From NCBI GenBank assembly GCA_949282305.1, contig CASDPB010000036.1, positions 66,425 through 130,424 of the forward strand: a stretch of 64,000 nucleotides of DNA, written 5' to 3'. This document shows positions 9,444-18,219 of this stretch, one piece after another (the first letter of the stretch is position 1; each line of letters opens with the position of its first letter). The translations under genes and the position numbers were made by a program. The notes below the pieces were generated by a model. That model worked only from the letters and a program-made list of their open reading frames with translations, had not been told where the DNA came from and did no database searches. The stretch comes from an uncultured Lentisphaeria bacterium. Its GTDB lineage: Bacteria > Verrucomicrobiota > Lentisphaeria > Victivallales > UBA1829.

Positions 9444-9552
9444 TTTCCTCGTTTATAGATCAATAAAATGATGTTTCCTTGTATCCCTTGAAATTATTCT
9501 GGAACATCAGAACCGGAAATGCCAGGATTATAATGCGCTTTCCCCTCTGGTT

Positions 9553-9900
9553 GGACAGTTTTTTATTGAAAGATCGGTGTAAAGCTCCTTTGAGTTACTA
9601 TATCCTGCAGACTGCCGATTGCAAGTCCGGAAATAGACTTTGTCCGGAGTTTGATATTGCAGAGTCGGGCGAATCCGATCAGAGCTGTAAACGCTCACAA
9701 ATGCTGAACACCGAATCTGGGCTGATGCGGACGTGGATTGACCGTTCGCAAATTCTACGATTTCTGCAACTTGAGCCCCCGCTTATGATTTACTCTGGAT
9801 TCACGTCGATTCTGTTCCGAGGTCAAACGGGAAGGCATATCTGCAGGAGGGGATTCTTTTCTGCGTCTTTTCCTCTGATCGCTGGCAGGATGCCGAAATC
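9553..9900 (-). mobile_element. decayed IS3-family element, copy B (right end plus OrfB C-terminal remnant, 5' part missing)
   Basis: The forward sequence GGACAGTTTTTTATTGAAAGATCGGTGTAAAGCTCCTTTGAGTTACTATAT.. is collinear with the start of copy C (GGACAACTTTTTATTGAAGGACCAGTGAAAAGCCTTTGAATTACTATAT..). Minus-strand translation gives ..VSVYSSDRIRPTLQYQTPDKVYF, the rve-integrase C-terminal motif (YN..R.HS.L.Y.TP..). The frame is broken by stops upstream. Confidence 0.55.
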
Positions 9901-9921
9901 ATCGTATTTCACGTCTGTCGA

Positions 9922-10605
9922 TTACCAGGAATCCTGTAGAATTTCCTCTTCACTTTTCATAAAAAAACTGAGCATAAGTTCATTGATCGTTGTCAATGGC
10001 AGGAAATCCGGGTGCCCAAACTCTTCAATTGAATAAGTACCAGATATATACCGATAGAATGTCAAAGTATCAATTTTATCTAATAACCTACCTTGCTGGG
10101 AAACTAAAGAAGGAATATTTGCTGGCTCCGCATGAGCATCATTGTAAACAAATTTAACACTCTTAAATAAAGATAACATTTCATAGATTAACCCAACGGG
10201 GATTGAATAATCTCTCTTCCAGCGAAATATAAATCTATAAATATGTTGGAGCAATCTTCTATTGCAGAAATAAGTGATTACCCTGTAACGCCAAGACGCC
10301 CATTTAGAGATTTTGATGATACGATCTGCAGATTCAGTCTTTTGCGGTAATATGTTTTCTAATTTATTAATTACAAGGCTCATTTTCGCTAAATATTTTT
10401 TCTGATAATATTGCTTTCCCGTAAGCCAGGCAGATTCAGATTGCTTAGGATGAAAGTCATGACAATATGCACATAACCGGTAATGTTGAAATAAATAACA
10501 AACCAGTAGACATATCACTTCTTGTTTCATCAAGATTTTTTGTTTATTCATTTTATCGCTTCTTTGGATGTAAATCTGAAACATCAATTTCTGCCCCCCA
10601 CACAT
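9922..10605 (-). CDS. hypothetical protein (AT-rich island)
   Basis: 227-aa ORF with an ATG start (internal ATG alternative at 10551). I recognise no family. Confidence 0.55.
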   Translation of the reverse strand: MCGGQKLMFQIYIQRSDKMNKQKILMKQEVICLLVCYLFQHYRLCAYCHDFHPKQSESAWLTGKQYYQKKYLAKMSLVINKLENILPQKTESADRIIKISKWASWRYRVITYFCNRRLLQHIYRFIFRWKRDYSIPVGLIYEMLSLFKSVKFVYNDAHAEPANIPSLVSQQGRLLDKIDTLTFYRYISGTYSIEEFGHPDFLPLTTINELMLSFFMKSEEEILQDSW

Positions 10606-10921
10606 TTCATAAAAATTCCATCCGCCTTGTTTTGAAAACCAGGGGAATAATATCTGCGTCAGTTATTCACCGCTGAAACGAAAGGGATTTCTTTTACGTC
10701 TATCCTCCACAAGGAAGAGCCCCATCTTTTGGCATAAAGTAGCCAGACAATAGAAAATTTCAAGAGGCAAAACAGAAGACTTCATGGTTTCATTACTTAA
10801 AAAAAGATTGTTTTTTGTCAAAAAAACGTTGTCTTCATTTTATGATTGAAACCGGTTGTCTAAAATGCTTGTAAGCGGGATATGTCCTGAACGGAATGAA
10901 CTGTTTTGCGTTATGAAAATC

Positions 10922-11257
10922 TTAAAATGATTCACGATAAATGCTTTCACAAAAGAAATGTAAAGAATTATTCTCATATTCATCAAACTCCCATGAAATA
11001 TGTTCCAATTGTGAAGACGAAATGTCACGAATATCAATATAATATTCGTCTTCAACATTGCCATAGTTAAATTGATCTGTCAACTCTACTCCCTGAACAT
11101 TTACAAATATCAGGGACATATGATTATTGAAGGAGATTTTTAAATCTATTGTCTTATTTTCTCGATTTATCAAAAAATCCAGGTTTTGTAATTTTACTAC
11201 AGGCAAAGACAACAGGGCTTTCAGTTCAACTTCTGATGTTATCACTTCCTTGCTCAT
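10922..11257 (-). CDS. hypothetical small acidic protein, translationally coupled to the upstream TPR gene
   Basis: The track ORF extends to 11305, but ATG 11257 lies 1 nt after the TPR gene stop (TGAaATG). Translation: MSKEVITSEVELKALLSLPVVKLQNLDFLINRENKTIDLKISFNNHMSLIFVNVQGVEL... It has no signal peptide. Confidence 0.6.
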   Translation of the reverse strand: MSKEVITSEVELKALLSLPVVKLQNLDFLINRENKTIDLKISFNNHMSLIFVNVQGVELTDQFNYGNVEDEYYIDIRDISSSQLEHISWEFDEYENNSLHFFCESIYRESF

Positions 11258-11258
11258 T

Positions 11259-12170
11259 TCACCGTCCTTCGGGATATTGCTGATTATATTCATGAGATTT
11301 ATCATACTGAAAAATAGATCTCAAATTACAAAATATGTCCGCCTTAGGCTGAATCTCACCACTTGCAATGAAATCCATTATTGCATCATTAAAATTCTGC
11401 AGAAAAGCATAAGCCTGCCCTCTGTTAAATAATACATTTGCATCTTTGGGAGCATTCGATAAAAATACAGAGAAATCCTTAACAGCAGACTCATAATCTG
11501 ACATATAAAAATAGCAGCATCCACGAAAATGATATAATTTTATCTGCGCCGGGAAATTCTTTATGAGGAATTCATATTCCGAAAGAGCAAGCTCACATTC
11601 ACCTTTTGCTGTCAGACTTTCAGCATGATTCAATTTCTTTCCCAACCTTATTGGAGCTTTAATCGTTATTTGCCTGAGTCCTGCAATCTCTTTTATTTTC
11701 CGCATAAGTAACTTTAACGTATTCTGTATCTTTATATCTTCAGGCTTTAGCCGCAAAGCCTTTAGATAGGACTGTCGAGCTGATTCAAATTCATATAAAA
11801 ATTCATATATGATTCCCATATTAAGAAAAACATCATATTCCGGCAATAGATGACTGCTTTTCCGGTAATCACATAATGCCTTATTCCATTGTCCTGTATG
11901 TTGATAAGCTCTGCCGCGATTATATAAAGTTGAGGGAGCATCCGGTTTCAAGTCAAGGGCAATAGAATATTCGCGTATTGCGGCTTCCCAGTCTTTCTTT
12001 TTGGAATAGCATAATCCCCGCAGCGCATAGAAACGAGGATTATGAGGTTCTCCTGCAATTAACTGAGTATATATACGGATTGCCTCGTCAAAATTCTTTT
12101 TGTCATAGCAATCGTCGGCTTGAAAGATCAAATCATGAACCTGCTGTGTCATTTTGATAATGGTCCTCAT
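11259..12170 (-). CDS. tetratricopeptide (TPR) repeat protein
   Basis: 303 aa with repeated A..Y..AL.L.P......N.G motifs, for example EAIRIYTQLIAGEPHNPRFYALRGLCY, AAIREYSIALDLKPDAPSTLYNRGRAY and ARQSYLKALRLKPED. An alternative start is at 12152. Confidence 0.85.
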   Translation of the reverse strand: MRTIIKMTQQVHDLIFQADDCYDKKNFDEAIRIYTQLIAGEPHNPRFYALRGLCYSKKKDWEAAIREYSIALDLKPDAPSTLYNRGRAYQHTGQWNKALCDYRKSSHLLPEYDVFLNMGIIYEFLYEFESARQSYLKALRLKPEDIKIQNTLKLLMRKIKEIAGLRQITIKAPIRLGKKLNHAESLTAKGECELALSEYEFLIKNFPAQIKLYHFRGCCYFYMSDYESAVKDFSVFLSNAPKDANVLFNRGQAYAFLQNFNDAIMDFIASGEIQPKADIFCNLRSIFQYDKSHEYNQQYPEGR

Positions 12171-12340
12171 TCATATATTGTCTGATCCTGTCATTTTTGG
12201 GGATCCAGCTTATCTGGCAAATTTGTCCAGCCATACTCTGTTTCTCCAACAGTGCACCCTCCATTGACAACATATTAATGTCACGGAGACAATAAATAAA
12301 AGAACATATACATAAATATTCAGACTGCTTTTATTAAATT

Positions 12341-12694
12341 TTATCCTTTCAACAAAGTTATACTACCTAATAATCCCACAGTATATCTCATGTCATAGTG
12401 TTGAAATGGATTCTCCTGCTTAAAATAATCATCCGCGATCATTAGCATTGCTGCGATTACATAATTATTTTTGGATAAAAGCTCCATTGTTTCATTAATA
12501 TATCTATTGCTGCATGTAATTTGTGATGACGTAATTCCATTATAAAAAAATGAATTTTCTAAATGAACAAGTATTTGCGTTTCCGTTGCATTAATATCTT
12601 TGATTGTCCCAAACAGATACGGACTTCCAAAGACATCTTGAAAATCCCAAGGGTCACTTACAATGATTTTAACCTTTTTGCTGAATAATTCCAT
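12341..12694 (-). CDS. hypothetical small protein (AT-rich island)
   Basis: 117-aa ORF with ATG 12694 preceded by GGAAATGGG. No signal peptide and no family recognised. Confidence 0.6.
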   Translation of the reverse strand: MELFSKKVKIIVSDPWDFQDVFGSPYLFGTIKDINATETQILVHLENSFFYNGITSSQITCSNRYINETMELLSKNNYVIAAMLMIADDYFKQENPFQHYDMRYTVGLLGSITLLKG

Positions 12695-13065
12695 TACCCA
12701 TTTCCAAATGTGACTTGACGCAACTTTTCCTTACCTTACTCCACATTCATTGAGTTTGCAAGTGCGCTTTTCTTTCTCGTTTCCCATTTCGCCTTTGAAA
12801 TGTGTGCTGCCGTATCCTGAAAGACATGAATGTCACCATCGTCAGCACGAAATATTCTGAGCTTCGCCGGTCCCGGCTTTGTCTCAAACAGACTTCATCC
12901 ATGAAAACGCAGGGATGCGTTCCGGAAATCGGCAGCATACGACATTGGCTGACTTCACTGCAACAAGGATTTTACTGCTAATGCCGGGAGAGGGAAACAG
13001 GGGAAAGGTTCTAAACCGCCGGATGGGGTCTCTGAGCACTTCGGAAAAAGGGAAATGAGGAAGAT

Positions 13066-13103
13066 ATAAAAAAGCGGCGGTCTGCATGACCGCCGCTTTT
13101 TTG
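13066..13103 (-). terminator. rho-independent terminator downstream of secA (bidirectional shape)
   Basis: AAAAAAGCGGCGGTC-tgcat-GACCGCCGCTTTTTT: a 9-bp GC stem flanked by an A-run and a T-run, 13 nt after the secA stop. Confidence 0.65.
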
Positions 13104-13115
13104 TGCGTGGAGAAA

Positions 13116-16079
13116 TTATTTCCCGCAACAGTTCTTGTATTTTTTGCCTGAGCCGCAGGGACATTTGTCATTGCGGCCGACTTTCGGAACTTCACGCTTG
13201 AAAGAGATTGTAATCTCTTCCTCCGCCGGTTGCTCCTGCTGTTCTCCGGGGGCATTATCCGAGGCAAACTGGTCAAGACTCGGGTGAGTCAAGGTCTGCG
13301 GGAGTGATTCAAACATCTTCTCAAAAGCCTGAAGCGATGTCGCCGAACGGAACATGTTCGTCAGGATTTCCTGATCGATTTCCTGCATCAGCGCATCGAA
13401 CATCTTGAACGCCTCCTGCTTGTATTCCACCAGCGGATCTTTCTGCGCATAGGCGCGAAGCCCGATGCTGGAACGCAGATTGTCCATGGCATACAGGTGA
13501 TCCTGCCAGAGACGATCAATCGCGTTCAGGATGATATTGCGTTCGAGCCAGTGCAGCGCCTCCGGTTCCTCAAAAGAGGACTTCAATGTATAGACTTCCC
13601 TGATGCGCGCAAGAATCTTGTCGCACATGGCATCTGCATCGGGTGCGCCGTTTTCCCGGAAGATGAAGATTTCATCTTCCTTGAAACCGATCGGGAATGT
13701 CATGTTCAGCCAGGTCAGCAGCGCTTCCCGGTTGATATTGCTGTCCGATTCCTTGTCGGCGGCGGCAATCGCGTCTTCGATGTGACGGAAGACCTCGTTG
13801 TCGACGATGGAGAAGATCAGCTCCTGACAGTTGTCATTGAAAAGCGTCTGCTTGCGGAACCCGTAGATGACTTCACGCTGTTTGTTCATGACATCGTCAT
13901 ATTCCAGGGTGCGTTTACGGATCGAGAAATGATGCTGTTCCACACGGCGCTGTGCTGTTTCGATGGACTTGGTCAGCCACGGGTGCTGAAGCTCTTCTCC
14001 TTCTTCGAGTCCGAAACGCTCCATGATCTTGACAATGCGGTCGGAACCGAAAAGACGCATCAGATTGTCTTCCAGGGAGACATAGAAGCGGGATGCGCCG
14101 GGATCGCCCTGACGCGCGCTTCGTCCCCGCAACTGTCTGTCGATACGGCGGGAGTCGTGGCGCGAACTGCCGATCACATAAAGTCCTCCGAGTTCCGCGA
14201 CGCCTTCGCCGAGCTTGATGTCGGTTCCGCGTCCCGCCATGTTGGTTGCCACCGTGACAGCGAACTTCTGTCCTGCGCGCGCCACGATTTCGGATTCTTT
14301 CTCATGGTTTTTCGCGTTGAGGACGTTGTGCGGAATTTTACGGTATTTCAACATGCGGCTGACGATTTCGGAGTCTTCCACCGAGATCGTGCCGAGCAGA
14401 ACCGGCTGTCCGCGTTTGTATGCGGCTTCGGTTTCCTCCACAATCGCGTTGAACTTTTCACGTTTCGTCTTGTAGACGCAGTCATTGTAGTCCACCCGTT
14501 TGCAAGGTTTGTTGGTCGGAATGACGACGACATCAAGTTTGTAGATCTGATGGAATTCATTGGCTTCCGTTTCCGCGGTGCCTGTCATGCCCGCCAGTTT
14601 TTCATAGAGACGGAAATAGTTCTGAATTGTGATCGAGGCAAGAGTCTGCGTTTCCTTTTCAATCGTGACGTTTTCCTTTGCTTCGAGCGCCTGGTGCAGA
14701 CCTTCGCTGAAACGGCGTCCCGGAAGGATGCGGCCCGTGTGCTCGTCAACGATCAGCACCTTGTTGTCCTGAACGACATAATGCACGTCTTTCTCGAAAA
14801 GACAGTAGGCGCGGAGCAGCTGGGAAAGATTCTGAAGACGTTCGCTTTTTTCGGAGAACTCCTGCTGGAATGCCTGTTTCTTTTCCATTTTCTGCGCATC
14901 GGTCAGATTGGGATCGGTGTCGATCGCATGGATTTCCTCCAGCAGATCCGGCAGAACAAACGCATTGGGATCGGACGGGGAAATTGCGACACGTCCTTTT
15001 TCCGTCAGGTCGGCTTCATGCTGTTTTTCGTCCATGGCGAAGAAAAGTTCTTCCTGAACTTCCTGGAGCATGCCGCGGTTCTGATCGCTCTTGACAAACA
15101 TTTCCATTTTTTCAAGGCGCTTGAGAATGTCGCTGGATTCCAGAATGTGCATCAGCTGTTTGTGCTGAGGCATGCCGAGCTTGACCTGGAGCAGTTTGGT
15201 GATGGCCGTATCCATTTCCTCGTCGGAAGGATTTTCCTTGGCAAGAATCGCCTTCGCTTCCTGAATGAGTCTGCTGCAAAGGAGACTCTGGCGGTTGGCG
15301 AGATCCGCGATTGCAGGTTTGAGCTGTTCAAACTGGTGTGTGGAAACCGCCACCGGACCGGAAATGATGAGCGGGGTTCTGGCTTCGTCGATCAGGATCG
15401 AGTCCACTTCGTCGATGATCGCATAGAAGTGATCTCTCTGAACGAGATGTGATTTATCGGTCGCCATGCCCATGTCGCGCAGATAGTCGAAACCGAACTC
15501 ACTGTTTGTGCCGTAAGTGATGTCGCATTCATATTGGGCGCGGCGTTCGGGCGGATCCATTTCGTTCTGAATGCAGCCGACCGTGAGTCCGAGATAACGG
15601 AATACGGTTCCCATCCATTCCGAGTCACGTCTGGCGAGATAATCGTTGACCGTGACCAGCTGGCAGTTTTTCCCGGTCAGCGCATTGAGGTAAAGCGGGA
15701 AGACTGCGACGAGAGTTTTGCCTTCGCCGGTCGCCATTTCCGCGATTTTTCCCTGGTGAAGCACGATGCCGCCGATCATCTGGACGTCGAACGGAATCAT
15801 GTCCCAGGTGAGTTCATGGTCGCAGACCGTGACTGTTGTTCCGCAGAGTCTGCGGCAGGCGTTTTTCACTACCGCAAAGGCTTCGCACATGATGTCGTCG
15901 GTCGTTTCTCCCTTCTGGAGGCGATCCTTGAATTCCTGCGTTTTCGCCTTGAGCTCGTCCTCGGAAAGTTTCTGATAGGAAACTTCGAGCTCATTTATTT
16001 TATTGATCAACGGGCGCAGCCGTTTCACGTCGCGGCCGGATTTGCTCCCGAAAACCGCTTTTAGAATCTTAGTCAGCAT
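13116..16079 (-). CDS. secA: preprotein translocase ATPase SecA
   Basis: 987 aa. N-terminus [21 protein letters not shown]; Walker/DEAD-like motifs [11 protein letters not shown] and [21 protein letters not shown]; C-terminal zinc-binding tail [20 protein letters not shown]. Confidence 0.98.
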   Translation of the reverse strand: MLTKILKAVFGSKSGRDVKRLRPLINKINELEVSYQKLSEDELKAKTQEFKDRLQKGETTDDIMCEAFAVVKNACRRLCGTTVTVCDHELTWDMIPFDVQMIGGIVLHQGKIAEMATGEGKTLVAVFPLYLNALTGKNCQLVTVNDYLARRDSEWMGTVFRYLGLTVGCIQNEMDPPERRAQYECDITYGTNSEFGFDYLRDMGMATDKSHLVQRDHFYAIIDEVDSILIDEARTPLIISGPVAVSTHQFEQLKPAIADLANRQSLLCSRLIQEAKAILAKENPSDEEMDTAITKLLQVKLGMPQHKQLMHILESSDILKRLEKMEMFVKSDQNRGMLQEVQEELFFAMDEKQHEADLTEKGRVAISPSDPNAFVLPDLLEEIHAIDTDPNLTDAQKMEKKQAFQQEFSEKSERLQNLSQLLRAYCLFEKDVHYVVQDNKVLIVDEHTGRILPGRRFSEGLHQALEAKENVTIEKETQTLASITIQNYFRLYEKLAGMTGTAETEANEFHQIYKLDVVVIPTNKPCKRVDYNDCVYKTKREKFNAIVEETEAAYKRGQPVLLGTISVEDSEIVSRMLKYRKIPHNVLNAKNHEKESEIVARAGQKFAVTVATNMAGRGTDIKLGEGVAELGGLYVIGSSRHDSRRIDRQLRGRSARQGDPGASRFYVSLEDNLMRLFGSDRIVKIMERFGLEEGEELQHPWLTKSIETAQRRVEQHHFSIRKRTLEYDDVMNKQREVIYGFRKQTLFNDNCQELIFSIVDNEVFRHIEDAIAAADKESDSNINREALLTWLNMTFPIGFKEDEIFIFRENGAPDADAMCDKILARIREVYTLKSSFEEPEALHWLERNIILNAIDRLWQDHLYAMDNLRSSIGLRAYAQKDPLVEYKQEAFKMFDALMQEIDQEILTNMFRSATSLQAFEKMFESLPQTLTHPSLDQFASDNAPGEQQEQPAEEEITISFKREVPKVGRNDKCPCGSGKKYKNCCGK

Positions 16080-16120
16080 TGAAAAATACCGCCTTCCTGA
16101 GATAAATTATAAATAACGGA

Positions 16121-16690
16121 TCAGGATTTTGATCCAGGTCTTACTAAAGGAATTCCCTGTTTGCAGAGCGGGCATTCTTCCGGCTGATAAGTGGGGAGGT
16201 TCAGTTTGATGAGGCTGAAAAGCGGAATCCCGAAATCCACGGTGCCGCCGCTTCTGTCCGTGATGATGCCGACGGCGACCGGTTCGCCGCCGAGCGATCT
16301 TACCAGGTCGATCGTCTGCTGGACTCTGCCGCCTTTGGTGACGACGTCTTCCGCAACAATGACTTTTTCACCTTTGCGGATTGTGAAGCCGCGCTTGAGA
16401 ACCAGTTCGTCATTTTCCTTGTCCGCGAAGATCGCCTGAATTCCGAGAGCGCGTGCGAGCTCCTGCCCGACGAGAATGCCGCCGACTGCCGGAGATATGA
16501 CCGTTTCCGCGCCGAGTCCTTTCATTCTTTCCGCGAGGGTCCGGCAGAGTTTTTCCGCAATGTCAGGATATTTGAACAGAAGCGCCGCCTGGAAGAATTT
16601 GTTGCTGTGCAGTTTGCTGCGAAGAACGAAATGTCCGTCGAGAAGCGCCCCGACGTCCTGAAATGTTTTGATGATTTCCTGATCAGTCAT
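16121..16690 (-). CDS. pyrE: orotate phosphoribosyltransferase
   Basis: 189 aa. Carries GHFVLRSKLHSNKFFQ and the PRPP-binding loop KVIVAEDVVTKGGRV, matching the PyrE-type PRTase layout. Confidence 0.85.
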   Translation of the reverse strand: MTDQEIIKTFQDVGALLDGHFVLRSKLHSNKFFQAALLFKYPDIAEKLCRTLAERMKGLGAETVISPAVGGILVGQELARALGIQAIFADKENDELVLKRGFTIRKGEKVIVAEDVVTKGGRVQQTIDLVRSLGGEPVAVGIITDRSGGTVDFGIPLFSLIKLNLPTYQPEECPLCKQGIPLVRPGSKS

Positions 16691-16723
16691 AGTTTAGATG
16701 ATCCTTCTATAAGATGTTGGGAA

Positions 16724-17128
16724 TTAACGGAATGTATTGGCGGAGGTCGGTTCGATCCAGATATGGAAATCGACTTTTCTGTCTCCGATGTTCAGTGTAA
16801 TCATGGTATTCAGGCGTGTCAGGAGCAGAGCATAGGGGATTTTGACTTCACCGGCGGGGACTGTGACCGCGACATTGCAGTCTCCGAGAATCGGTTCGGC
16901 GTCGCGAAGAGCAAGAATCAGATTTTTGAGTTTGTTCAGTTTCGTTTTCAACGCGGTGTCAAACGCATAGGGTCGATGGCATTTCGGGCAGAGCACCTGA
17001 AAATCATCTGCCGCAAGGTCCATCAGGTTAAATTTTACCACGCCGTTACATTCGGGTTCCACGCAAATAAAATCCAGTTGCGCCTTGCTTGCATTGATTT
17101 CGTTCTGATTCGCCATGATTTCTTCCAT
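16724..17128 (-). CDS. hypothetical protein with a putative zinc-ribbon (CxxC...CxxC)
   Basis: 134-aa ORF containing CVEPECNGVVKFNLMDLAADDFQVLCPKCHRPY. No family recognised. Confidence 0.65.
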   Translation of the reverse strand: MEEIMANQNEINASKAQLDFICVEPECNGVVKFNLMDLAADDFQVLCPKCHRPYAFDTALKTKLNKLKNLILALRDAEPILGDCNVAVTVPAGEVKIPYALLLTRLNTMITLNIGDRKVDFHIWIEPTSANTFR

Positions 17129-17296
17129 AATTTTTTCTTAATCTCCATAATCCACCCGGGTATAGTCTGAATATCTACGATCCGGTGCAACATTGATTTA
17201 TAATATAATGCAACTTTGGCTATATAAAAGAGATTATTGAAAAAAAACACGGCTTTTCTGCTTCATCCCCAAAAACGATTTGATTTCCGTGATGTT

Positions 17297-18151
17297 TTAG
17301 CGCTGACAAAACTCCCGGCTTCCGTGTGTTCCGCGTCGGAGCTGCCGGGCATGGAATCCCTGCTGTGCCGTCAGTTCTATCTTCACAATTTCCGGCGGGC
17401 AGAAGATGCGGACTGGAATGAATGTGATGCCGAGACCCGCACTTACGAACATTTCAGTGCCGGTGTCTTTGTTTTCGTAAAGCCCGTATTCAAAACGCTT
17501 ACCGTGAATGGAGGACGTCAGAACCGCGCCGTATCCGGGGATTCGTATCTGTCCGCCGTGGGTGTGCCCGCAGAGAATGAGATCGGTTCCACGCAGATCC
17601 TGTTCCGTCATGGCAAGCGGAACGGCATCCGGATTATGGGAGAGGACGCAGTTGAAAAGCGGTTTCTTTTCCGGCGCTTCATAACGCGGAAAACCGGATT
17701 TGAAGTCGTCCAGCCCGAAAAAACGGATTCCGTCGATTGTGACTGCCTCATTGACCAGCGGAACAAAGGAGGCGCTTTCCAGTTCCCGCTCGAACACCTG
17801 AAAGGGAAACCAGGATGCGCGGCGTTTGTCCCAGTTGCCGTAAACAGACAACTTCCGTCTGCCCGGCATTGCTTTCAGAAAACTGATGCCCGCGTCGAAA
17901 CAGCAGATGTGACGGATCAGGTCTCCGCCGAACAGCGTATAATCCGGCTGAAACTCTTCCGCCACCCGCAATATCGCGTCTCCGGGGAAGCCGGCGTTAT
18001 GCCACGGCGGAAGATTTTTCCCGGCAGGTGCCTTTCCCGTGGGGCGCAGATGAATGTCGGAGAAGAAGAGCAGTTTGCGGCCGTGCAGGGAAGAAAGGCG
18101 CGGAGGAAGCTGGATTTTCAGCGTGACAGCACGCAATCCGCGCTCCGGCAT
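17297..18151 (-). CDS. calcineurin-like metallophosphoesterase (YaeI-like)
   Basis: Motifs LLFFSDIHL, FGGDLI, GNWD, LSHNPD and LILCGHTHGGQIRIPGYG. ATG 18151 is chosen as the start. The track ORF starts at TTG 18217, directly after the greA stop, and remains possible. Confidence 0.85.
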   Translation of the reverse strand: MPERGLRAVTLKIQLPPRLSSLHGRKLLFFSDIHLRPTGKAPAGKNLPPWHNAGFPGDAILRVAEEFQPDYTLFGGDLIRHICCFDAGISFLKAMPGRRKLSVYGNWDKRRASWFPFQVFERELESASFVPLVNEAVTIDGIRFFGLDDFKSGFPRYEAPEKKPLFNCVLSHNPDAVPLAMTEQDLRGTDLILCGHTHGGQIRIPGYGAVLTSSIHGKRFEYGLYENKDTGTEMFVSAGLGITFIPVRIFCPPEIVKIELTAQQGFHARQLRRGTHGSREFCQR

Positions 18152-18219
18152 ATTCCTGAATTCACCGGCATGGCTCCGGCGCCAGGACGCCGGAGCACTT
18201 TTTTCCTGCTTTCTCAAGT

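Noticed and set aside
12700-13065. Start-less minus-strand frame (..FETKPGPAKLRIFRADDGDIHVFQDTAAHISKAKWETRKKSALANSMNVE*) and track ORFs 12747-12938, 12884-13276 and 12955-13164 between the island and secA.
   Set aside because: There is no start codon, RBS or recognisable family. The track ORFs overlap the secA 3' end and terminator. This may be a gene remnant at the island border, but it cannot be supported.
13497-15452. 651-aa plus-strand ORF.
   Set aside because: It lies entirely antisense to secA, whose identity is unambiguous. The sequence is a low-complexity, Arg/Phe/Val-rich shadow frame typical of GC-rich DNA.
17129-17296. T8 run with a weak CACGG/CCGTG stem after the metallophosphoesterase gene as a terminator.
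   Set aside because: The stem is only 5 bp with a 34-nt loop, which is too weak to call.
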